From IMG/VR virus record IMGVR_UViG_3300014202_000581: 38,996 bases of DNA; one strand, written 5' to 3'. Position numbers and translations under genes: made by a program. This document shows, piece by piece, positions 1 through 5,872 of the stretch. Position 1 is the stretch's first letter. Every line of letters starts with the position of its first letter. The DNA comes from a virus. The notes under the pieces are model-generated. The model made no database searches. It saw only the letters and a list, made by a program, of their open reading frames with translations, and was not told where the DNA came from.

Positions 1-91
1 ATTAACGAATCAGGTATTTACGCGATTCGCTTGCAACTAGTTAAGATTAAATAGCTCATCTACCATGGCGTAGAAGGAGTACTCGGGTTTG
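1..91. repeat. Contig-end direct repeat, copy A (identical to 38906..38996); indicates a circular, circularly permuted or terminally redundant genome
   Basis: Bases 1-91 are identical to 38906-38996 by direct comparison. ORF 38768..38959 runs into the repeat and its last 54 nt recur at 1..54. Confidence 0.95.
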
Positions 92-268
92 TTACGGCAT
101 TCCCAGAAACATTTTTCCGGTGCGCTGGTCATTTAAACCAGGTAGGAATCTTGCAATGAGTGTCACCAGTAAATTGCAAGGCGGAGCTTCCCCGTTAATC
201 GGCGCCAAACGATTCTGGTGCGGCAGGAAAGCTAAATCGTGACAGCCGGAGAGACGGCACTTATTTAA
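55..268 (+). other. GC-rich, hairpin-dense non-coding leader upstream of tRNA-Gln; possible structured RNA of unknown class
   Basis: There is no SD-led ORF. Hairpins: CTGGT 125-129/ACCAG 137-141, CTTGCAAT 150-157/ATTGCAAG 173-180 (15-nt loop), GCCG 245-248/CGGC 255-258. The loop sequence CACCAG 164-169 is complementary to CTGGTG 215-220. Confidence 0.4.
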
Positions 269-339
269 TGGGCTATGGTGAAAGGGTATCACTACAGGTT
301 TTGATCCTGTCATTCTGCGTTCAAATCGCGGTAGCCCTG
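269..339 (+). tRNA. tRNA-Gln: tRNA-Gln, anticodon UUG
   Basis: Manual cloverleaf. Acceptor 269-275/332-338 has 6 bp plus a U1-U72 mismatch, with U8 present. D-stem GTGA 278-281/TCAC 289-292 has loop AAGGGTA. Anticodon stem is ACAGG 294-298/CCTGT 306-310, loop TTTTGAT with U33, anticodon TTG 301-303 and A37. Variable region is CATT. T-stem CTGCG 315-319/CGCGG 327-331 has loop TTCAAAT. Discriminator is G339 and no CCA is encoded. Confidence 0.85.
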
Positions 340-410
340 CAAGTATCTCATTCACCCATGGTGAAAGGAGTTGAGCAACGGCTATGCCCGCGCTTCTTTT
401 TAGGTGAATT

Positions 411-710
411 ATGGGAATATTTGATCACGTAAATTATAAAATGGATTGCCCTAAGTGTGGTAAAGAGGTCTCAGGCTTTCAAACTAAAGATTTAGGCTCT
501 TGGTTTGAAACTGTTGAGTATTGGCAATGCGATAACTTTTATTCATCGTGTGATTATTGTAACACATGGATTGAATTTATATTAAAACGTGAACGTGTAG
601 AAATCCCCATAGAAGCCTATGAAATGCGAATTGAATTATGCGAATTTGAAGAATCACAATTTACTCGCAATACAAAAGGTAAAATAGTATCAATTAGAGG
701 GAAAGGATAG
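411..710 (+). CDS. hypothetical zinc-ribbon protein (CPKC ... CDYC)
   Basis: 99-aa ORF with an ATG start, first gene after the tRNA region. It has two CxxC pairs. Confidence 0.7.
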   Translation: MGIFDHVNYKMDCPKCGKEVSGFQTKDLGSWFETVEYWQCDNFYSSCDYCNTWIEFILKRERVEIPIEAYEMRIELCEFEESQFTRNTKGKIVSIRGKG

Positions 711-793
711 TCTCTTACCCATCGGTAAGTGATGTATAAAGGCCATCACAGAACCAGCGTAGCGAATCGGTGATATTAAAAAAGGACTAAAGG

Positions 794-1054
794 ATGAGCA
801 TTGTACAAGAAGGGAAGGAAATTGTGGGCGGCGACCGCCAAGAAGACTACGGCGACATCCACGAGTCATTCAATCGCATAGCAGGTCTTTGGTCTGCTTA
901 TCTCGCGCATCCAGTTAACGCCACAGATGTGGCAAAGATGATGATACTACTTAAGGTATCGCGTGCTCGCCACAAAGACCATCACGACTCATACGTCGAC
1001 ATCGTTGGTTATGTAGAGTGTATCGACCGACTACTGGCGAGGACTCAAGCATGA
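794..1054 (+). CDS. hypothetical phage protein, DUF6378-like (tentative)
   Basis: 86 aa with SD AAAGGA. The motif GGDRQEDYG...F..IAGLWSAYL...DVAKMMILLKVSR matches my memory of a common phage domain. Not verified. Confidence 0.7.
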   Translation: MSIVQEGKEIVGGDRQEDYGDIHESFNRIAGLWSAYLAHPVNATDVAKMMILLKVSRARHKDHHDSYVDIVGYVECIDRLLARTQA

Positions 1055-1452
1055 ATTTATCAGGCGCCATCTATCTAACCGAAGTCATTGGCAATCTAAG
1101 TGAATGCCTGGCGATAACCTTCTGGGTCGGTTTCTTTGTATTGTTATTTTGTGGAATTGCTTACCTTATATGTCTTGGTGATTACAAAGACTGCGATGGT
1201 CATTATAAAAAAGCCTACTCAGCACTGTTACGTAAATATTGGGTTCTCTTATTGTTGTTAGTTATTAATATCCCCGTTCCTAGCAAGAACTCTATGTACC
1301 TTATGTTAGGTGCTAAATACCTTTCAACATCTGAATTACCAGCCAAGGTGGAAAAGGTGCTGGCATTGAAGATTGATGACTACATCACGGAGCTACAAAA
1401 CAAGACATCCAAGGATAAGGATAATCATGATTCTACAGAAATGGCTAAATGA
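1051..1452 (+). CDS. membrane protein, hypothetical (two hydrophobic segments)
   Basis: ATGA start/stop overlap with the upstream gene. Hydrophobic stretches are ITFWVGFFVLLFCGIAYLICL and YWVLLLLLVINIPV. Confidence 0.7.
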   Translation: MNLSGAIYLTEVIGNLSECLAITFWVGFFVLLFCGIAYLICLGDYKDCDGHYKKAYSALLRKYWVLLLLLVINIPVPSKNSMYLMLGAKYLSTSELPAKVEKVLALKIDDYITELQNKTSKDKDNHDSTEMAK

Positions 1453-1648
1453 TAAGCTTAAAGATATTGCCGGCAAATTACCATCTCTCGTACACACAGA
1501 CCCTGCAAGCTTCGCGTGTGGCTACAACACAGGCTATAAGCAAGCAATGCTTGACCTTGAGCGGGCTATTGAAGATGGAGCCGAGATTTACCGTAGCCAT
1601 TGTAAATGTGGCGACAAGTATCATGAAGCCGGAGCGATTTGTTTATGA
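1427..1648 (+). CDS. hypothetical protein
   Basis: ATG at 1427 preceded by AAGGATAAGGA. Composition is protein-like and the gene ends in an ATGA overlap with the next gene. Preferred over the alternative frame 1449..1676. Confidence 0.55.
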   Translation: MILQKWLNDKLKDIAGKLPSLVHTDPASFACGYNTGYKQAMLDLERAIEDGAEIYRSHCKCGDKYHEAGAICL

Positions 1649-1851
1649 CCACAACAATCCTACCATCCTCTGTTGATGACGGCATATCAATCATACTCAA
1701 GCTCTGCTCTAAAGAAGCAAAAGGTAAAGTACAAGTGCCTCATCCAATCAATATAACAATGCCCAATGGTGATGTTAAGTCAGGCTATTGGCATTTAACA
1801 TACGACACCTACAAAGAAACTCGATATATAGCAATGATTAAGGAAGATTAA
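1645..1851 (+). CDS. hypothetical protein
   Basis: ATGA-coupled start at 1645; 68 aa. Confidence 0.6.
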   Translation: MTTTILPSSVDDGISIILKLCSKEAKGKVQVPHPINITMPNGDVKSGYWHLTYDTYKETRYIAMIKED

Positions 1852-2108
1852 TGAGCAACCAAGCATGGGAATGTCCACGATGTAAGCGTATCAATGCGCC
1901 TTTTAATGCTATGTGTATTTGCAAGCCATCCGAGCAAGAGCAATCATTTTATGAGGATATGAAGAATGGGGCTAAAGGTCAGGCACCATTTATCCCAATG
2001 CCTTTACCGGCTGGGCTTCCTTATGGATATACTCGCAATGATGCCTGTATGGTGTGTGGTAAATATCATGGGAAAAATATCCAATGTGTTTCTTTGGAGG
2101 CACAATGA
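1851..2108 (+). CDS. zinc-finger protein with RanBP2-like finger (WECPRCKRINAPFNAMCIC) plus a second CxxC
   Basis: 85 aa with a TAATG-coupled start. The pattern W-x-C-x2-C-x3-N-x6-C-x-C was read from the translation. Confidence 0.65.
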   Translation: MSNQAWECPRCKRINAPFNAMCICKPSEQEQSFYEDMKNGAKGQAPFIPMPLPAGLPYGYTRNDACMVCGKYHGKNIQCVSLEAQ

Positions 2109-2302
2109 CATTCAAGGACAGAACCTACTGCGCATCACCAGACTGTAATAACAAATGCGGTAGAAAGATGGGCGAAGAAGAACGTCACGCGCTGGCATAT
2201 TGTGATTATCAGGTTGTCTCATACGGGTACTTTTGCGGTGAAAATATAGAAGCAAGAACCGTGAGCCAACTACATGACCCACGGTGTAACGCTACGGCTT
2301 AG
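2105..2302 (+). CDS. hypothetical Cys-rich protein
   Basis: ATGA-coupled start at 2105; 65 aa with the CASPDCNNKC motif. Confidence 0.6.
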   Translation: MTFKDRTYCASPDCNNKCGRKMGEEERHALAYCDYQVVSYGYFCGENIEARTVSQLHDPRCNATA

Positions 2303-2519
2303 GGGCATCATTGTGTTGATTAGCATCGTATCGACTGATGAATCCGTCAAGGAAGGCTACAACCGCTTTAACAATAAAGTTAGGCATAAAGTAGTCTACA
2401 ATGCTTAGTATATCTCTGAGTGTTTTGATAGTATCTTCTAAAAGTCGTACTGCTAGGTTGGTTAGGTTTGCGTTAATAGGGAACTGCGCCTTTGGTTTAT
2501 CAAAAAATCCTGCGCACAT
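2292..2519 (-). CDS. hypothetical protein, lone antisense gene in the rightward early block
   Basis: 75 aa. The minus-strand start is preceded by TAAGGAGCTAATC, a strong SD. Its 3' end overlaps 2105..2302 convergently. Confidence 0.6.
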   Translation of the reverse strand: MCAGFFDKPKAQFPINANLTNLAVRLLEDTIKTLRDILSIVDYFMPNFIVKAVVAFLDGFISRYDANQHNDAPKP

Positions 2520-2565
2520 GATTAGCTCCTTATTGGACTTTCAATTTAAGTATAGTTGATAAAAT

Positions 2566-2688
2566 ATGAAATTACGCAAGATAAAATGTTATTTATTTGG
2601 TCACCAATGGTTTGAATATACTGAACTTTGGATGGCTTATACGGAGTGCGCACACTGTAAGCGCATCAAGTGGCAAGAACTCAGTTAG
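2566..2688 (+). CDS. small Cys-rich protein, DUF1660-like (C..FGH.W ... C..C), tentative
   Basis: 40-aa ORF found by hand (MKLRKIKCYLFGHQWFEYTELWMAYTECAHCKRIKWQELS). There is no clear SD. Confidence 0.35.
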   Translation: MKLRKIKCYLFGHQWFEYTELWMAYTECAHCKRIKWQELS

Positions 2689-2834
2689 CCTAGGTAATGG
2701 CTGAGAGGCGACAGCACCGCGCCATATCGTTGAAGTGGCTACACTCTTGTAGCGTGAATCTTCTGTAAGTGCTCTGCGGAGGTCGGCAGTACTAGGGATT
2801 GGAGCGAGTGAAAGCCTCGCACTACATAAGGATT

Positions 2835-3098
2835 ATGATGCTTAACATTACCTCACAAGACCATGACGAAGTAATTGCCCTTTGTATTGACGGAGGCATT
2901 TACTTTGGTGAATATGCTAAGGATAAAGCCAAAGCGAAAGGAACGGTCGAGGGAATCATACCACGCTCTGTATTTAAGATGGTCGCCCACCTCGATGACC
3001 ATCCAAAATGGGATGAATACGCCGAGTACCCTACACTTTTCACCATCTCCGAGTATAATGCGTGGCAAAAACTACCTGCTGGGAAGCCTATTTGCTAA
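2835..3098 (+). CDS. hypothetical protein
   Basis: ATG at 2835 preceded by TAAGGA. The TTG at 2799 in the ORF track is less likely. Confidence 0.65.
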   Translation: MMLNITSQDHDEVIALCIDGGIYFGEYAKDKAKAKGTVEGIIPRSVFKMVAHLDDHPKWDEYAEYPTLFTISEYNAWQKLPAGKPIC

Positions 3099-3358
3099 TG
3101 AATAAAGAAAACTTAGTTATTGTTATGTGTCCGCCGCTCTCTGATTATCCAGAGGCACCCAAAGACCAATCGCATAGCGAGTTGTTCGACTGCCCTAAAT
3201 GCGATGCCAAGATGTGGTTGTCTGATAAGAAGAGAGGAATGCTTATGTTCTCTGCTTGTATCAATCGGAATATATTGCTGGCCTGTTACCACTGTATTGA
3301 ACGCACCGTAAGGGATAATCCAGAGATGTTTAGAGAAAGCCAACAGGTGAATCTATGA
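3098..3358 (+). CDS. zinc-ribbon protein (CPKC ... CYHC), hypothetical
   Basis: TAATG-coupled start at 3098; 86 aa. Confidence 0.65.
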   Translation: MNKENLVIVMCPPLSDYPEAPKDQSHSELFDCPKCDAKMWLSDKKRGMLMFSACINRNILLACYHCIERTVRDNPEMFRESQQVNL

Positions 3359-3573
3359 GAAGAAGATTTACTTGTGAGAAATGCCTAAAAACCTATGATA
3401 GTGGATGGAGTGATGCTGAGGCAGAAAAAGAATTTCAATCAGTCCCTTGGAATGTACCAGGCGATGAACGCGGATTATTATGTGATGACTGTTTTAAAGA
3501 GTTCAAGAAATGGTTTGACTCATTAACGCCGGCGCAACACAAGCAAATTAAGAAAAATATCCCCTGCCATTAA
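3355..3573 (+). CDS. zinc-ribbon protein (CEKC ... CDDC), hypothetical
   Basis: ATGA-coupled start; 72 aa. Confidence 0.65.
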   Translation: MRRRFTCEKCLKTYDSGWSDAEAEKEFQSVPWNVPGDERGLLCDDCFKEFKKWFDSLTPAQHKQIKKNIPCH

Positions 3574-3721
3574 AGTACACATTATCGACCATAGTGCGCT
3601 AGTGCTCGCAATGGTATGTCATTATGTAAATAATAGGCATTAATTGACAATGTCCAGTAAATACTTATAATAATAGCCATTAACTATCAATTTGGTAGAA
3701 ATTAGTGGGTAATCAGTATTT

Positions 3722-3892
3722 ATGATTAATGAATTTATAAAGACCATAATAACTTGGGGCGCTAGAATGTTCCTTTTGGTTGCTGGTGGCACACTGATAG
3801 GACATTCTTTTTCTGCGCCTAACTCATTCTCAGCTGAGTTCATGTTTACATTAGGTTCTTTAATGGCGATTGGAGGGTTCTATATTGAATGA
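3722..3892 (+). CDS. small two-TM membrane protein (holin-sized), hypothetical
   Basis: 56-aa ORF found by hand (MINEFIKTIITWGARMFLLVAGGTLIGHSF...FMFTLGSLMAIGGFYIE). It is preferred over the antisense ORF 3640..3843. Confidence 0.4.
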   Translation: MINEFIKTIITWGARMFLLVAGGTLIGHSFSAPNSFSAEFMFTLGSLMAIGGFYIE

Positions 3893-4103
3893 CTTCGATA
3901 AAGAAGAATTAATTATGCTTAAAAGATTAACTCTGCAACACGTCAATCAATTTAGGGAGAATAGTGATTGTATAGAGTTAATGCGTAAAATCCAATCCCT
4001 GATTGATAGCTTCGATAATAAATCAACTCAATGCCATCAATGTTCTAATGTGAGAGTAGCTGATGGGATGTGCTGGAATATGGGATGTGATTATCGTGAA
4101 TGA
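3885..4103 (+). CDS. paralog A of a tandem triplicated small Cys-rich gene family (TTG start)
   Basis: GGAGGG lies 7 nt upstream of the TTG. The N-terminus (M)NDFDKEEL is shared with the two following genes, and the C-terminus has a CHQC..C..C cluster. Confidence 0.55.
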   Translation: MNDFDKEELIMLKRLTLQHVNQFRENSDCIELMRKIQSLIDSFDNKSTQCHQCSNVRVADGMCWNMGCDYRE

Positions 4104-4332
4104 CTTCACGAAAGGAGAGCTTGAAACAATTTACCTTGATATGAATCACAGCGTTCTAAAGTATGGCAAGGAAAATGTTGCGCCATTTTATCTGGAACTG
4201 AGGGATAAGGTTGAGAGGATGATTGATAACTATTGCGAGCATAACGAAAGGGTGTCAAGTTCAGATGAAAATGGCCACATGCTTGTTATGTGTGGCCGAT
4301 GTGCTTTAGTCCTTTGGTATGAGAAAGATTGA
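4096..4332 (+). CDS. paralog B of the triplicated family (GTG start)
   Basis: The GTG at 4096 overlaps the stop of paralog A. It shares (M)NDFTKGEL...MIDNYCEHNE...CGRC with paralogs A and C. Confidence 0.55.
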   Translation: MNDFTKGELETIYLDMNHSVLKYGKENVAPFYLELRDKVERMIDNYCEHNERVSSSDENGHMLVMCGRCALVLWYEKD

Positions 4333-4333
4333 T

Positions 4334-4537
4334 ATGAATGAATTTACCATACAAGAATTAAAACATCTTTCATTTGCAATATATGCCTATCCTCATCCTG
4401 ATGATAACCACATCTACGATGGTTTACGGGAAAAGATAAAATCGATGATTGAGCATTATTGCGAGCATGAAGATTCAAGAGTAACGCACGATTATGAAGT
4501 AGAAAAATGCAACTTATGCGGGATATTATTTGTATGA
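4334..4537 (+). CDS. paralog C of the triplicated family (ATG start)
   Basis: Sequence reads MNEFTIQEL...MIEHYCEHED...CNLCG. The DNA block GATGATTGA..A..ATTGCGAGCAT is shared with paralog B. Confidence 0.65.
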   Translation: MNEFTIQELKHLSFAIYAYPHPDDNHIYDGLREKIKSMIEHYCEHEDSRVTHDYEVEKCNLCGILFV

Positions 4538-5100
4538 GCCATCAAGTAGTAGGCTACATCCGCGTATCATCACAAAGCCAATCTATCGCTAGGCAGCTTG
4601 CCGACATCGAACTTGATAAGCGGTTTATTGATGTCATTACCGGAAGTACAAAAGAACGTCCAGAACTTAAAGCCTGTATGGCTTACGTTCGCGAAGGTGA
4701 TACTTTAGTCGTTGATAGCATTGATAGACTTGCTCGCAACCTTCAACACTTACAAGAAATCTTGAATGAGATGCTACAAAAAGGTGTAATAGTCCGTTTT
4801 GTTAAGGAAGGTTTGCAATTCACATCCCAAAACGACCACTTATCTACATTAATGTTACAGATGATGGGCGCCTTTGCCCAGTTTGAGCGCAATATGATTA
4901 GGTCAAGGCAACGTGAGGGCATTGATGCGGCCATCAAGTCAGGCAAGAAGATGGGAAGGCCTGTCACATTGAATAAGAAACACAAAGAAGAGGCGACACG
5001 GATGAAAGGTGAGGGCATGAGCATCAGGAGTATTGCCAAAGCCATGAGTTTATCACGTGGTTCTATTTATAAATTACTGGAAGTCTCAAAACAGTCATGA
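4534..5100 (+). CDS. small serine recombinase (resolvase/invertase family) with C-terminal HTH
   Basis: ATGA-coupled start. The N-terminus GYIRVSSQSQS is the catalytic-serine motif, followed by DSIDRLARN, FAQFERNMIRSRQREG and a C-terminal HTH (MSIRSIAKAMSLSRGSIYKLL). About 188 aa. Confidence 0.9.
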   Translation: MSHQVVGYIRVSSQSQSIARQLADIELDKRFIDVITGSTKERPELKACMAYVREGDTLVVDSIDRLARNLQHLQEILNEMLQKGVIVRFVKEGLQFTSQNDHLSTLMLQMMGAFAQFERNMIRSRQREGIDAAIKSGKKMGRPVTLNKKHKEEATRMKGEGMSIRSIAKAMSLSRGSIYKLLEVSKQS

Positions 5101-5124
5101 AAAAGTCTCAAAACAGTCATGAAA
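5081..5124. repeat. Perfect 22-bp tandem duplication (AAGTCTCAAAACAGTCATGAAA x2) at the recombinase 3' end
   Basis: Direct reading shows 5081-5102 identical to 5103-5124. Copy 1 holds the recombinase stop codon and copy 2 holds the ATG of the next gene. Confidence 0.95.
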
Positions 5125-5346
5125 GACATTAACAAGATGCGCTTAGGCGTCTTGCGTGAGTTAAAGAATGTTCATAAGTTCTTTGACAACATGGAGCGTA
5201 GTGTTAAAAGCAGAAATCCAGAGGCCATACAAAAGGCTTACATGTTCCTGATTCATTTAACAAGGGAAATGGACACAGGCTGCCTTACGCCAAATAATAT
5301 AGCATTGGACTTAGAAATATGCAGAGCATTACAAGAGGATGAATAG
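5119..5346 (+). CDS. hypothetical protein
   Basis: 75-aa ORF whose ATG lies in copy 2 of the 22-bp duplication. Confidence 0.6.
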   Translation: MKDINKMRLGVLRELKNVHKFFDNMERSVKSRNPEAIQKAYMFLIHLTREMDTGCLTPNNIALDLEICRALQEDE

Positions 5347-5670
5347 ATGTCAGAACATTATACTTTGGATGAAAATAATAATCCGATACCTTGCACTTTG
5401 CGCGAATGGGGCGACCTATATCAAAACCTCTGTGGAAACAATAAGCGTCGCGTTGGTGATAGCTACGTTAATGACTGTCATATTTCTACTGTGTTTTTGG
5501 GAATCGATCATGGATTTGGCGCAACACGTAGACCGGTATTATTTGAAACCATGGTATTTGATAATGAAGGCAATGATATGTTCCAAAGTCGATGCTGTAC
5601 GTGGGATGAAGCTGTAAAAATGCACAATCATGCCATTGAATGGGTCAAAGAAGGATGTATTGATGAATGA
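5347..5670 (+). CDS. hypothetical phage protein
   Basis: 107 aa, starting immediately after the previous stop. Confidence 0.65.
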   Translation: MSEHYTLDENNNPIPCTLREWGDLYQNLCGNNKRRVGDSYVNDCHISTVFLGIDHGFGATRRPVLFETMVFDNEGNDMFQSRCCTWDEAVKMHNHAIEWVKEGCIDE

Positions 5671-5872
5671 TTGGATAGCGACGGCCGATAAACTACCGCC
5701 GAAGAACCACAAAGTATTATTCCATTGGATATGTCCAGGCGGCAATAAGAATGTATCTATGGGTTATTTATGTGAGTCTGGATGGGATATATACTTGCCC
5801 TACCACTCATACAAGATTAGCCCTAAATATATTAAAGTAACTCACTGGATGGAGCTACCAGAATTTCCATGA
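5663..5872 (+). CDS. DUF551-like protein
   Basis: The sequence MNDWIATADKLPP...VTHWMELPEFP matches the remembered DUF551 pattern (W.s..d.LP ... THWMpLPepP). SD is GAAGGA. Confidence 0.65.
   Translation: MNDWIATADKLPPKNHKVLFHWICPGGNKNVSMGYLCESGWDIYLPYHSYKISPKYIKVTHWMELPEFP

Noticed and set aside
55-268. Possible second tRNA, tmRNA or known riboswitch in the leader
   Set aside because: I tried both strands for T-arm (TTCNANN flanked by 5-bp complements) and anticodon-arm geometry and found none. The sequence does not match the consensus cores I remember for c-di-GMP, ZTP, fluoride, guanidine or glutamine riboswitches. It is left as unclassified structured RNA.
92-355. 87-aa minus-strand ORF from the ORF track
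   Set aside because: It lies antisense across the tRNA-Gln and the hairpin-rich leader and has no SD. Its openness is explained by local GC-richness, so I treat it as non-coding.
1449-1676. Alternative-frame 75-aa ORF with ATGA coupling
   Set aside because: Its Ser/Thr/Leu-rich composition looks off-frame. The overlapping frame 1427..1648 has an SD, protein-like composition and an ATGA link to the next gene.
3640-3843. 67-aa minus-strand ORF in the AT-rich gap
   Set aside because: It has no SD and an odd composition. A plus-strand 56-aa two-TM ORF (3722..3892) fits the operon direction better, although it is itself low confidence.
3574-4537. Invertible segment bounded by inverted repeats next to the serine recombinase
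   Set aside because: I found only a gapped AT-rich partial match, between about 3628-3646 and the reverse complement of about 4505-4531. There is no Hin/Gin-type AAACC-NN-GGTTT core. The match is consistent with chance in AT-rich DNA.
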